Positions 38,476-52,020 are shown, counted from the first letter of the stretch. The stretch is 64,000 nucleotides of DNA from Octopus sinensis (GCF_006345805.1 NC_043001.1:64170001-64234000); one strand, 5' to 3'. Notes: a model not told the origin generated them from the sequence alone. Made by a program: numbers and translations.

Positions 38476-39441
38476 TATATATATGAGCATGTCTGGATAT
38501 GCAACTATATGCATGTAAATACATACATAAAACATACAAATCTGCACACACATGCATACATACATACGTACATACATACATACATACATTATTATGGCTG
38601 CCCCCTCGTTATCGAGTATGGCCATTGCACGAAGCTTAACTGTTACTGGTGCTGTGATTGAATGTGACTTTTTAGCCCAGCTAAAGATCTACAATGTCTT
38701 GTACAAAATTGGCAACTAAAACCTTTACTGGTAATAGCCGGCTGTAGTTGTAACTGGGCTTCATGTACCTTTGCGTGTCGTTTTAGTCCTTCTGCCGAAT
38801 TACACTCTCTTCCACATGCCTGACAGATATGATTAGTATGGTGTGTTACACCACCACCAGTGGCTAGGTTGTCACTCATCTGTCTCGTTTTATGACTACG
38901 AAGATGACTCATGAGTCCAGCTTTACTGCGGCAGGGTCTTGCACAGACATTGCATGTCAGAATCAAAGGAGGACCCTTCCCTTCTGGAAGTGTAACAGCG
39001 ATGCCCTTCCTGACATCCCTTCTTACTTTCTCATGTGCAACTCGAGATTTCTCAAACGTGGCTGTCCCCTCATGCACAATCCTTCTCCACCTGCTACAAT
39101 CAATAGCTATGCATTCCCATGTGTCAGGAGAGATGCAAGTATCTCTTAAGAAAGCCTTCGGCAAGTCCTTATACCTCTTTTTTGGTTTATGTGGAGGTTG
39201 TTCTCCTTTAGCTAACTCTCCATAAAAGAGTTGTTTTGGCATCCTTGAATCCTTCATTCTGACCAGATGACCACTCCATCTGAGCCTTTGCTTTAACACA
39301 AGAGCTTCATACATACATACATACATACATACATACAAACAAAAATACCCTGTTGTTGATGTTGAAATTCCAATGAAGGAGGCTTGGATCTAGGTTAGAA
39401 ACTGGTTCTTTTTCTATTGGCAAGAAATCTTGAAATAAACT
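38476..39441 (+). mobile_element. R4/Dong-like 3' UTR copy split at its (CATA)n tract
   Basis: 38476-38588 and 39310-39441 match 28438-28630. Confidence 0.7.
38589..39309 (-). mobile_element. 5'-truncated RTE/BovB-like LINE with three C-terminal C2H2 fingers
   Basis: RLRWSGHLVRM..RMPKQLFYGEL..KRYKD; CNVC..SHLRSH, CQAC..RHAKVH, CQFC..SHIQSQH; frame open to stop at 38643. Confidence 0.85.
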
Positions 39442-39449
39442 GGGAACCT

Positions 39450-42050
39450 TCTTTTCAGATGCTGAATAACATCTCCCATTCCTGTGTTGCCTCCTATATC
39501 TCTTTCCCAGTTTTCAGAATTAGCACTGTAAATGTAGGCACATTGAAAAGTAGGGCTAGTGAGATTGTAGAGATGCTTGAATGGAGACGTGTTGATGTAT
39601 GCTGCATACAAGAGGTAAGATGGAAAGGAGCTTCAGCCAGAGCTCTCACAGGCAAAGCACATAGGTATAAACTCTTCTGGGAAGGTAATAGTCATGGAAT
39701 AGGGGGTGTGGGCATACTTCTTACAAAGAAACAAAGAAATGGGTGGATAAGGTCATAGAGGTAGTGAGGGTGTACGATAGAGTACTTAAACTCAGATTAA
39801 TCTTGCAGAATGGTATAACTACAATTATCTCTACCTACACTCCACATGTGGGACTACCAAATGAACAGAAGGATCACTTTTATGATATTCTTCTGCAGGC
39901 TGCCTCAAAGACAAGTGACAATAATCTCATCTTTGTGGCTGGAGATTTTCTCATCTTTGGGTATGTTGGACAGCAACCTGGTATCTTCCATGGTGTACAT
40001 GGGAGCCATGGAATTGATACCAAAAAATGAAGAAGGAACTAGGCTCCTGGAGTTCTGTGATGCAAATAACCTACTGATCTGCAATAACAACTTCAGGAAG
40101 CCAGCTAGCCACCTGATAACTATCAATTGGGTGACTTTGCGTTTAATGATTCTGCAAAGAAAGAGGCTTGGAGATGCTATTATGAAAGACTGCTGAATGT
40201 GAAGAATGAATGGGAGGAGGAGAGTCTCCTAAAGGTTGACCCAATTGAGAGACCAGCTGCTCATATCGATAGTACCCTGGTAGATAAAGCAATTAAGTAT
40301 ATGAAGACAGGAAAAGTGCCTGGCCTATCAAGAATCACCACTGAGATGCTTAAAATATCAAATGATGTGGATTATGGTCTTGTCACCTGCATTGTAAATC
40401 AGGTAGTTCATGAAGGAGTCATACCCAATGACTGGTGTAGCAGCACCATAGTCAACTGCTGCAAGAGTAAAGGTGATGTTTTAGATAGAAATAACTACAG
40501 AGGGGGTCATAGTCCAACTAATTAGGGAGAGAGTTAGCCTAGATGAGATGCAGTTTGGTTTTATGCAAGGAAGAAGCACCACTGATGCTATATTTCTGGT
40601 AAGGCAACTGCAGGAGAAATATCTAGCCAAAGATAAACCTCTGTACTTAGCTTTTGTTGACTTGGAGAAAGCCTTTGATAGGGTCCCCCAATCCCCTATC
40701 TGGTGGTCAATGTGGAAAGTGGGGATAGATAAGTGGTTGGTAAGAGCTGCACAAGCCCTGTACAGGGATGCTGTCAGTAAGGTGAAGGTTGGCAACGAGT
40801 ATAGTGAAGAATTCTGGGTAGAAGTTGGGGTTCACCAAGGATCAGTCCTCTTCCCCCTCTTATTCATTATAGTCCTCCAAGCAATAACAGAAGAATTCAA
40901 GACAGGCTATCCCTGGGAGCTCCTCTATGTGATGACCTTGCTCTAATAGCCGAGTCACTGCCAGAACTAGAGATGAAGTTTAGGGTGTGGAAACAAGGTC
41001 TAGAATTAAAGGGTCTTAGGGTTAACCTGGCAAAAACCAAAGTCTTATTAAGTAGGAAGGCTGTCAAATCACAAACCCCTCCAGGTAGATGACCCTGCTC
41101 GATCTGTAGAAAAGGTGTGGGTAGAAACTCCATACGATGTACTTGGTGTAAGCTATGGATTCATAGGAAGATAGTTTTTGTGTGTGGCAGATGCACAGGG
41201 GCAATAAACACCGAAGATGTACAGTAAAAATATTCCATCACATGCCAAGGGGAAAAACTAGAAGTAGTTAATAGCTTCCACTACCTAGGCAACCAAGTCT
41301 GTAGTGGGAGTGGTTGCCCTGAGAGTGTAATGGCTAGAATAAGAATAGCCTGGGCAAAGTTCTGGGAGCAACTAAGGGTCTCTCTGCTGGCAACTAAGGG
41401 TCTCTCGCTCAGGATGAAAGGTAAACTCTATGATGCATGTGTATGAACTGCCATGCTACACAGCAGGACATGCGTAAGCTTGAAAGAAATGAAACTAGTA
41501 TGATTCGCTGGATGTGTAATGTCAGTGTGCATACACAACAGAGTGTAAGTGTCCTGAGAGAAAAGTTGGGCATAAGAAGCATCAAATGTGGTGTGCAAGA
41601 GAGACGACTGCGCTGGTATGATCATGTGTTACGTATGGATAAGAACAGCTGTGTGAGGAAGTGCCACTCCGTAACTGTGGAAGGAACCTGTGGAATAGGC
41701 AGACCCAGGAAGACATGGGATGGGGGGGGGTGAAGCATGGCCTTCAAACATTGGGCCTCACAGAGCCAATGACCAGAGACAGAGACCTTTGGAGATATGC
41801 TGTGATTGAGAAGACCCAGCAGCTAAAGTGAGATTGTAGCCATGGCCAATGCCAGTGTTGCATGTCCAGCCCATTTAAGAGTACCCCTGATGCATATGCT
41901 TGAGAAGACCTGTTGAGTTAAGTAAAATCAAAATTGTAGCAGTGGTCAGTGCCCCCTGACTGGCTCCCATTCCAATGGAATGTAAAATGCATCATCCAAA
42001 CATGGTCAATGCCAGGGCACATAAAAAACCCTATCTGAATGTGGTCGATG
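39450..42050 (+). mobile_element. RTE LINE, near full span with internal deletions
   Basis: APE ISTVNVGTL..DVCCIQEVRW..AGDF; RT QFGF..STTDAIF..DLEKAFDRVP..GVHQGSVL..PWELLY; C-terminal GRPRKTW. Confidence 0.9.
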
Positions 42051-43000
42051 TACTTAGTCTTGGCGGGTTTTAAGCCCTTGGAGTAGAAGAATACAGGTTG
42101 CCAAATACCGTCAGTGAGTTGTTGGAGCATACCTCCAACTCCAGAATCGGATGCATCAATTAGTACACAGTGGGAATTCTGGTTTGGGATACACCAACAT
42201 GGTAGCGTTGGATAACGCTTTTTTCAAGTTAGCAAAAGAGGCAAGTTGTTCTTCACTGAGGGCAATGTTTTTATTTTTGCTTGTTTGCTGTAGTAAATCT
42301 GTGAGCTGTTGGGCTGTCTCTGCACAGTGGGGTAAAAAGGTGCTAAGAAATTCTCACAGTTTGCAGAGAGATGTGGGTGGTGGAAAATTCACGATGACTT
42401 TGACTTTCTCGGGAAGTGGGTGAACGCCATCCTTATCGATGATGTGACCGAGAAAATGAAGGGACGCAACTCCGAATGAACACTTGCTGGGGTTGATAGC
42501 AATACCATATTCACGCAGGCTTTGGAATAGCAGGGGCAGGTGTTGATCATGCTCTTTGTCTGAGCTACTGGCCACGAGTACATCGTCTATGTATGCATAG
42601 ACAAAAGGCAAACCTCTGGTAACTGTGTCTATAAAATGTTGGAACGTTTGTGCTGCATTGCATAAACCAAAAGGCACACACAGGAATTCAAACATTCTGA
42701 AGGGTGTCGTGACTGCAGTCTTTGGAATATCTGCAGGTTCTACAGAGATTTGATTGTAAGCTCGCACAAGGTCAATCTTTGAAAATATGCAAACTCCATG
42801 CAGCAAGCTAGAAAAGTCCTGTAGAAGAAGGACAGGATATGCATCAGGTACAGTGCAGGTATTTAGTGATTGATAATCACTGCAAACTCGCCAATTGGTT
42901 CATGACTTCTTAAGAATGCAGTGTATTGGTGAGGACCAGTTGCTGCTGGATGGGCAGACGATTCTGAGGTCGGGCATGTGCTGGCATTCTCACTTGATGG
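42050..43000 (-). mobile_element. Gypsy RT-RNase H fragment
   Basis: ORF 42354-42806 FSKIDLVRAYNQI..DIPKTAVTTPF..PFGLCNAAQTFQ..YIDDVLV..FLGH; DASDSGVG near 42150. Confidence 0.88.
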
Positions 43001-43187
43001 CCTTGAGACGATCTGGGGGTATCTTGGGGATCGTACAGCAACAAGTGGACCACGAGTCTTGATTTGGTGGGTGACTTCCTGCTTGATATGCTGACTATGG
43101 AATACTGGTCAAGCGACATCCGGGTATTCTTTAAGGATAGCACTGTGACGGGTTTATATACCTCCAGCTGCTTCAAATTCGTATTTG

Positions 43188-43222
43188 ATTATATATATAT
43201 ATTCAATATATATATATATATT

Positions 43223-43270
<48 letters not shown>

Positions 43271-43325
43271 ATATATATATATATTATATATATATATATA
43301 TTCAATATATATATATATATATATT

Positions 43326-43410
<85 letters not shown>
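43188..43410. repeat. (TA)n microsatellite with TTCAA interruptions
   Basis: Direct inspection. Confidence 0.95.
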
Positions 43411-45409
43411 TTATGTGTGTGTGTGTCGTGTACCTTGTTTTAATATGCACATATTTTTATATCATTGACATACCCATTTTTATATACGCACACCGAAACT
43501 AAAGCTAAAAGGAATGAAACCAAGTTCAGTATGACAAAATACGAAACTATGACTAAATTGTCAGCGGCATCATGAATGTTGATGTCCTAAAATAAAGTTG
43601 ACAAATTCTTTTTTAATTCTCCACTTCAACAACGATATTATTTGTTTGACAAAAAGGTACAGGGCACTGATACATTCTGTACAGCTGATAACGGTAAGTT
43701 GATAAAGATATTACTCTTAAGCTATAATAATGTGTGTAAATACTAGAATTATGTAAACTCTTTTACACTAATTACAGTAATGCAAAATTATGAAATACAC
43801 AGTTATTATTATATTTAACGTCAATGAATTTTTTTAAACTTTTAGTTGGGAAAGAAAGCGGCAATGACGCATTACAGGGAAAGCAGGGAGGAACATATCT
43901 TCGAACCGGAAACCTCGCCCGAATCCTTACTATGAGAGTTGTGTTTTTATTTTTGTACATCATATACAAGAAATGCTATACATTACACACTAAATATGTT
44001 AGATGATGTCCCTCACTTATTTATACTCTCCAGTAACAAAAATACACACTTTTGTATATTTTCTTAGTGTTCAGTCATTACTTGAGCAAGTATGAGTAAG
44101 GTAATACTGCGAACAATGGAGAAGCTGAGATATTGCAACAGTCATGTACCTTCACCGGTATACCTAAACATGTATGCTCCACTCTGCCGACTTTGTTTCC
44201 TCATTTTCAGAAAAATGGATATCTTTTTTATAAAATTTTCAATTAATGTGCTTCAGATGGTGTAGATTTCGATTATATCGGAATTTGTTGTGAAATCCTT
44301 TTTTTTTTTCTTGAGAGTCAGCTTTCTTTCCTCGTAACTTTCAAAAAATGGGCATTTTTCAAGGAAATTTTCAACAAATACTTTTCAAAGTGTGTAGATT
44401 GGGAGTATATCGGAATTTAATACGGAAAAAAAAAGGACTCGTGCACATACATACTGATATACTTCACATATATCTACAAAACAAAACTCGAAAATTCGCA
44501 AAAATTATCTTCTTTGGAAAGGTAGATACCTTCTGCTCTTGTAAAATGGTTCATGATTATCTTCTCTTTCCATGCTGTTTATGGATTGAAGAATTATTTG
44601 TGGACTTTGTAAAGTAATGCAATCTTGTCGTGGGATACTTTTTGATAAATTCTCAAAGTTCTTTCATTCAGAAATCTCTAAAATGAAATTTTGCTCTTGA
44701 TGCTGTTGGTCTTGGTATCCCTTGCATTGGTAATACAGAGATATATTGAAGACTGTCATAAGTTTTGCATATGTGTATTTCATCATTGCCTTTGTAGTGA
44801 GACCAAGTTTGTTGCATTAAAAAATTATTAAGTTTTGTTTATATATGTAGCGACCATATAATTGTTGACTCTCCACACTAATTTGTTGCAATTGGTTAAA
44901 ATATCGATCAGTTATTGAACCCTCTGTTGTGATTAATTAAATGTTGTCTGGGAATTGGATTGAAAGTTCAATCATGTTTTGCATAATATTTCAAGTAACA
45001 AATTCTGTATGTATTCTGGAACCCACATTTCTCTATGAATTATTTTGACAAACACTTTACCATGTGGGAGGTGAGAGCAGTCATTGAGGCAAATTGCAGG
45101 AACCAGCCATGCAGAAAAAAATTGGCACACAACAAAGACATACAAACAATGAGGGGCTAAACTTAACCACCATGATGATGGAGAAATGACAACCCTTTAG
45201 AACTTGTTAATGTTTTCATCGTGTCCAAACCTATGTACAAATTTTATGAAGGAATAAGGACTCAATGTTTCAAGATTGCCTTTCTTATTAATTCATACTC
45301 ATCAAACACATAACATGATATTGAACAATGAGATACATGCACACTTTGTGAAATTATATAAGATTTCTGCTCCAAAAATAGATCTTTTAAAATTTGTAAG
45401 GATTTTCGA

Positions 45410-46653
45410 TAAACACCTTGGTGGATTTCTGGTTGTGCATGGAGGTTATGGCTTTGGCTCCAAAAATGAGGAGGGGAAAAGGTTACTGGAGTTTTGTGAT
45501 GCTCATGGCTTACTAGTCTGCAACACCAACTTCAGGGCACCTGCCAACCATCTGATCATTTATCAGTCTGGTGTCACACCAGCTAGGTTGACAATATCCT
45601 CACCAGACACAGGGACAGATGTATGCTAGTAAATGAAAATCTTTTTCGGGGAAAGAATGTATAATGTAATATAGGCTGTGGTTAGTGACTTCAGAGTTAG
45701 GACCTGAAGGATTCAGTGACAAGCCAATGTGAAAAAGGAAGTTATGGAAGATCAAGGATCCTTCAAACAAATAGAAATTTAGAGATGTTCTTAATGAAGC
45801 CTTTGATGAGAAGGAGGAAGAGATAGAAGAATATGACGTGGAGGACAAGTTCCTATGGACAATCTACTGAGGGCAACAGACCATGTCTGTGGTTGGAGCA
45901 AAGCCTCTGCCACAGAAAATTCAGAAAGCTTTTACCTCTGTTGACAACCAAAGGATTCTTTCTCTGAGTGAAAGGAAGATTGTATGATGCATGCATATGA
46001 ACTTCATTTCTACATGGTAGTGAGACATGGGTCCTGAATGCAGAGAACATGTGAAAGCTAGAAAGGAATGAGGTCAGTATGCTCTGTCAGAGTGTTAGTG
46101 TATTGAGAGAGAAGTTAGGCATAAGAGGATTTAGATGTAGTGTGCAAGAGAAGACTGCACTGGTTTGGTCATGTGATGCAGATGGATGCTGACAGTTCCA
46201 TAAAGAAGTGCTATTCACTCAAAGTGGATGGAAGAGGGAGACTCAGGAAGACATGGGACAAAGTACTGATGGATGACCTCAGAAGATCATTTCAGATAAG
46301 ATGACAAAGGACCAAAATACCTGGTGCCTTGCTGTACTGTACTCAAGAAGACCTATCCTCCACAGCAGAAGTGTTAAGGCCACATCCCCTGGAGAAGAGG
46401 ATTGGCTTGCAAGAGTCCTGTGCTAGTGTCATGTAAAAGGCACACATGTCGGTGCAACGTTAAAGCACTTGTACTAGTGCCACATGAAAGCACTCAGCAC
46501 TTACTGTAAAGTGATTGATATTAGGAAGGGTATCCAGCTGTTGATACCAAGCCAAACTAGACTGGAACCTGGTGCAGCTGCCCAGATCTGGTCAAACTTT
46601 CCAACCCACGTCAGCATGAAAAACAGACATTAAAGGATGATAATGATGATGAT
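45410..46653 (+). mobile_element. Old RTE LINE with large internal deletion
   Basis: VHGGYGFGSKNEEGKRLLEFCD..CNTNF (APE) followed by C-terminal LHGSETW-like remnants; (GAT)n tail. Confidence 0.75.
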
Positions 46654-46915
46654 GGTTTCATCAGTTCCATTGCCTGAGCCTTCTTTCTTTCCTTCCTCCT
46701 CTCAGTGTTCCTTAGCTTGCAAAGGTGTTTCTTAACATCATTATAGAGCAATTTTAACAGTGTCTTTTTCTTCTGTCACCTGCCTCGATTCACCTACTCC
46801 TCAAAGATTTCTTCCATAAGGTGACTCCTGTTGCTATTACCTCCTTTTACATTCTTTTTGTTGTTTCTACTTAGTGTGTCAAACATTTCCTCACCAATAT
46901 TATAGATTAAATTAT

Positions 46916-47120
46916 GGCAACGAGCTGACTATTAGCATGCTGGGCAAGATGCTAAGTGGCATTTCATCCATCTCTGTATTTTGAGTTCAAATTCTGCCAT
47001 GGTCAAGTTTGTCTTTCATCCTTTCTATAAAATAAATGCCAGTTGAGCACTGGAGTTGATGTATTCAACTTCCCCCTCCCCTTGAAACTGTTGGCCTTTG
47101 CTAAAATTGAAACCAATATT
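46916..47120 (+). mobile_element. SINE family C, decayed
   Basis: Colinear with 34675-34892; accaatattatagatt on both sides (46893-46908, 47112-47127). Confidence 0.6.
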
Positions 47121-47228
47121 ATAGATTGGATTGGCAAATATCTGGAGCTCTTAATGATAAAATGCTTTCGATTTATTAAAGGAATAGATAGATAGATTTA
47201 ATAAAAAAACAACTATATGTATATATGT

Positions 47229-47625
47229 GGAGGCGCGTGGCATAGTGGTTAGGGTGTCAGCATCATGATTGTAAGATTGTGGTTTCGATTCCTGGACTGG
47301 GCAACGCGTTGTGTTCTTGAGCAAAACACTTCATTTCATGTTGCTTCAGTCCACTCAGCTGGCAAAAATGAGTAATGCTGCAATGGACTGGCATCCCGTC
47401 CAGCTGGGGAACACATACGCCATTGAAACCCGGAAACCCCAAGATACTGAGTTGCATTCCACACAGTGACCTGAATAGTAATAATAAAATCAAAAAATAC
47501 CTTAGGAATGGGAATCCAGGTTCGAAATTTCCCCCAAGAGAGCTGATGAAGGCTGGAGGGTATATCAGACGAAACATGTTAACAACAAACAAGATGAGGA
47601 CAAATATCCGTCAAATGTAAATAAT
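47229..47625 (+). mobile_element. tRNA-derived SINE family D with hammerhead-like 3' region
   Basis: A box tggcatagtggttagg, B box gtttcgattcc; CTGATGA..GAAAC at 47543-47580. Confidence 0.65.
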
Positions 47626-47913
47626 GGACAATAATGTTACTGAATTTTTAAATCAAAATGTTTTTTTTTACTCACAAATAAAACAAGTCTTTGTTTTTTA
47701 AACCATTCAATAAATTGTTTAAGATCATTGTACATTAAAACTCAAAAAGAATGGCAGACCAGTAGAACATGCACCCCACCTCTTTTTGCAACCCCCACCA
47801 AAAAACAAAAAAACAAAACAGTATTTCAAAATTTCAATTTCCCTCACCTACACACTATTTTCCTGAAATATATATATATATATATTATATTTATTTATAT
47901 ATATATATTATAT

Positions 47914-48282
47914 TCTCTTTACTTGTTTCAGTCATTTGACTGCAGCCATGCTGGAGCACCGCCTTTAGTCGAGCAAATCGACCCCAGGACTTATTCTTTG
48001 TAAACCTAGTACTATTTCTATCGGTATCTTTTCCCTAACTGCTAAGTTATGGGGCGTAAACACTCCACTATCGGTTGTCAAGCGATGTTGTGGGGGACAA
48101 ACAAAACACACAAACATATACACACGCACACACACGACAGGCTTCTTTCAGTTTCTGTCTACCAAATCCACTCACAAGGCTTTGGTCGGCCGAAGGCTAT
48201 AGTAGAAGACACTTGCCCAAGGTGCCACTCAGTGGGACTGAACCTGGAACCATGCGGTTGGTAAACAAGCTACTTACCATAG
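47914..48282 (-). mobile_element. SINE family A, near full length
   Basis: Reverse complement colinear with 36575-36975. Confidence 0.82.
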
Positions 48283-48307
48283 TATATAAATATATATATG
48301 TATATCA

Positions 48308-48350
<43 letters not shown>

Positions 48351-48352
<2 letters not shown>

Positions 48353-50580
48353 TGATAGTAATGGTTAGACAACAAAAGAATGAGAGACCTCGATATTATG
48401 TAAATAGAGGAATTTATCTGTAATATAGTATGTGACACTTATTCAGTTGCCATGATAAAACTCCGAGTTTCGGATGTTTGGGGCAGAAACCTGCACTGGC
48501 ATCTTTTAAGTTATCAAGGCAATCAAAATATGCTAAGAAAATAACCGCTAAACAAAAGAAAACTACTATGTGATTGACCATTATTAAGGCAAAAGAGACG
48601 TTAGAATGACCGTTAAATAAGGGAAAAAACTAAAGGGGAGGGAGTAAAAATGCTCCTAGCAATCACATATGCGCGCATGTCTATACATACACATGCATGC
48701 ATGCACACCCATGTACATGTGCCTATATGCATATTCTCATCCATGCTCGCTTGAAACACACTTGCGCACCCACACATTCGCCAAAAAATATACATATGCG
48801 CACACTCGCTCACACACATGTGCACAAAACGGTTCATATACACGTCTATATACGCACATGCTCAAGAAAAAATCAGAATGAAAGATAAAATACAGAAAAA
48901 TTGTGTAAAAATATATAAAGCTATAAAAAGTAAAGGAGTAAAGATGCTCATAACAATCGCGTATGCATGCATGTCCATACATACACATGCACGCACGCAC
49001 ACCCACGTACATGTGCCTATATGCATATTCTCATCCACACTCACTTGAAATGCACACATGCGCACCCACACATACACCAAAAGAATATATACATACCTGC
49101 TAACGCACACACAGTGCACAAAAAAATTTCATATACACATCTATATACGCACATGCACAAGAAAAATGCAGGGTGAAAGGTAAAATACAGAAAAAATGTG
49201 TAAAAATATATGAGCAATAAAAATATATCTCAATAACTGTGTAAAAAGATATGTAAAAAAATATATAAGAGATATAAGTAAAAAGTATAGAGAGATAAAA
49301 AGCTCATACATGGACACAATATAAAAAAACACGTTCTATCTGTGATCTTGTGGGGACCAAAAATGTAACAAATATTTAGCCACATGTGGACATGATCCAA
49401 AAAGTTCAGTTCTGCTTTTCCAGATGAGCCATCTTTCCATATCACAAAGACCACACTTTCCACTGCCATTGGTGTAGGGCTTACACTTGGCTAAGATCTT
49501 CCAGTGGATGTTGTAACTGATACCTTTATCTTTTGAGGACCATATATGACTTGATGATTTGGTCGTTTTCCTTTTATCCCAGTGCCTGAAGCTCAAGTTG
49601 TGATTATTCAACCTGACCTTGAAATTACTCTCTGTGAGGCCCATGTATTTCTTCGTCGAAATCGCGTTCTTAGTGGATATAGAGTCCACGGTGGCCTCAT
49701 AAATGATGGTCTCAGACATGCAAGCTCCATTTAGCAGGCACAAATTTTAATCCCTGCATGAACAGCTGGTTGCATTTTATTGTTTTTGTGTGTTGTGTGC
49801 AATTATATTTTTAAAATTAGTAGTTGAGCTAAAACTGATTTTTAAGTTATGTCTATTGAAGAGCTTTTTGTAACTATGGTTGACTGGAAAATGTCTATCC
49901 ATCAGTGCTAAGAAATACTTACCTATATTAAAGGTCACTTCAGGTGAGTAGGGGTGTGTGAACCAGATACTTTTCCTATTTCTATATTTCCTTTTCTTTA
50001 TTATTGGGCTGGTGGCAGGTGTATAGGTTATTTCCTTGCTAAATCCACTATCTTTTAGAGCCTTATTATATACTGGGGCAACACTATTAAAAATGTCCTT
50101 ATTGGAGGAGAGGCTAGAAATTCTTTTGCTGTTTTTAACTAAATTTTTAAACACTATAGGGGGATGGCAGGAACCCATATTAATATAACTAAGTCTATCG
50201 TTGGGCTTCCTATAAGGTTTATAAATATTCTTATTTAGATCTAAGGATACATCTAGAAAATTGACAACCATCAAGCTGGTATCAGCTAAGGCTGAAAGTT
50301 TCCATCAATTTGATAATGTCCTTCCTAAATTGATCCTGTGCTGGTCCATTGGTATTTGCAGTTAAAGCTAGGGCATCATCTTTGTAAATAGTGAAATATA
50401 CATCAGGAAAAGTCTTGCCCAACGTATCAAGTAGGAATAGTCCAATGAGATTGCATATGCCTGCTCCATCATATGACCCCATGCTCACATTAAATGCACT
50501 CTCTGTATTGGTAGTCTTGACACACTCTGTGTTCTCACTGAAGAGTAAAGTCTTTCTAGCATGGAAGATTATGTACACAA
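48351..50580 (-). mobile_element. Second Penelope-like element, 5'-truncated, decayed
   Basis: RT FNVSMGSYDGA..YKDDAL..VNFLDV..PYRKPN..SCHPP; CSC..C..GAC linker; GIY-YIG IIYEA..KYMGLTE..R..H..CGLC; 3' region with about 295-bp tandem duplication and decayed hammerhead. Confidence 0.85.
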
Positions 50581-50606
50581 GATAAGGACATAGATTGTGT
50601 AGGTGT

Positions 50607-50800
50607 GTTTGATAATATATATCACATTGAATGCACCGGTTCTTGTCTAGTCACTGATGTTAAGCAATGTCAATCCTAGTTAGTACTTAGATGGGCAACT
50701 GCTTAGAAAACCTAGGTACTGTAAGTATCTTTTTGAGTAAGTGATTATACCGGCAGTGCCCCAGTATGACCACACACTTTGGACAGAAATCCATAAAATA
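50607..50800 (+). mobile_element. 5S rRNA-derived retrocopy / SINE3 candidate with CR1-type tail
   Basis: atatcacattgaatgcaccggttcttgtc..gttaagcaatgtc..ttagtacttagatggg..ggtactgtaag is colinear with animal 5S rRNA; then ggcagtgccccagtatg..gga.agaaa matching the CR1 and SINE A tails. Confidence 0.72.
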
Positions 50801-51149
50801 ATATATATCTGTACTTATATTGTCTGTGTATGTATACAGATATGTATATAGATATTTTTCTTGAAGTTCATTGAAAATAATTGTAAACAGGACTCAGGAG
50901 AATCACAACTTTGCAGCATCTGAGCATTCTTGTTACTATGTTTCTGTTGAAATTTAATGCCTTTTTTTCAATTAAGTTTGAAAACATTAAAGTACTTCAT
51001 AAAATATATTTGTCATCATAAATCTGATGTTTTAATTCTCTTTAAATTATGATGGAAAATTTAAAAAGTATTTGGTTGTCAAACAAATTCATTGTTTTTT
51101 ACCCCCTGTTTTAATCCCTATCTTTCAACAGTTTTAACAAATCAGTTAA

Positions 51150-52020
51150 TAATATTTTCTTGTTCACAACTTTCTGGCAACATTCCACTAGCTTGTCACT
51201 AGCTTCTACCTTAATGGTAGAAATCACTGAGTCTTGACTCAAAGAATTAAGAATTCAACAACCCACATTTTCAGCTCCACATCATTGTTGATGAATGACC
51301 AAAAGTGGTGATAATCAGAAGAATATAGTGGGTGTGATAGAACTTCTTAACAACTCTTGAATAGCATTTTTAGTCAAATTAGTGGCAAGGGATGGAGATC
51401 ACTCTTTCCTCTACTTCAAATTGAAGTAGAGACACCATTTTCTTCACCAGTGACAGTGCAGTGAAGAAATCTTTGTCTCCTCGACTAGCCTGGTGTCAAG
51501 TGAGCAGACTGGCAGTGATAGAGGAGTGCTGGCATTTGTCCCTTTGGTTCAGAGCATGTGGCATCCAAGCACTGAATTTTTGAACTTTACCCATTGAATG
51601 AAAGTGATAGGCAATAGTATTATGACAGCATCACAACTGCAGGGCCACTTCTCTAGTGGTTTGGTATGGATCTTCATGGGTGAGCTCATTCAATTGTTCT
51701 TCAATGCAGTGCATAAGTCAGATGGACTACAAAGAATTTGTGAAGTTGAATTTCCCCTCCCTGAAATGTAGAAACCATTTCTTTACAGGTCTTTTAGTAA
51801 TAATGTTCTTCTCCATAACAACACAAATGTCTCGGGTGGCTTTGACAGCTTGAATGAAAGTGAAGAGCAGCAGGTGTTGCAATGCAAATTGTTTTCTACT
51901 TGGCACTTTATTGTCATATGTTTGAAAAGAGGTAAAAATCATTCGAAGTTCAATAATGATAAGCAAAAGTTGCTGAGGAAGAGTAAAGTTAAAAAAAAAA
52001 AATCAATAAAAGTATTTTTG
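51150..52020 (-). mobile_element. Decayed mariner transposase
   Basis: Minus strand shows KWF..F, WMPHAL (WVPHEL-like), VTGEEKW (TGDEKW-like), SDYHHF (DYHLF-like). Confidence 0.7.

Noticed and set aside
43840-44110. Candidate promoter/first exon (CCGGAA, donor-like GTAAG) for the zinc-finger gene
   Set aside because: Motifs too short and unspecific to call from sequence alone.
50607-50727. Functional 5S rRNA gene
   Set aside because: Many substitutions including CpG decay and a degraded 5' end; solitary and fused to a LINE-type tail.
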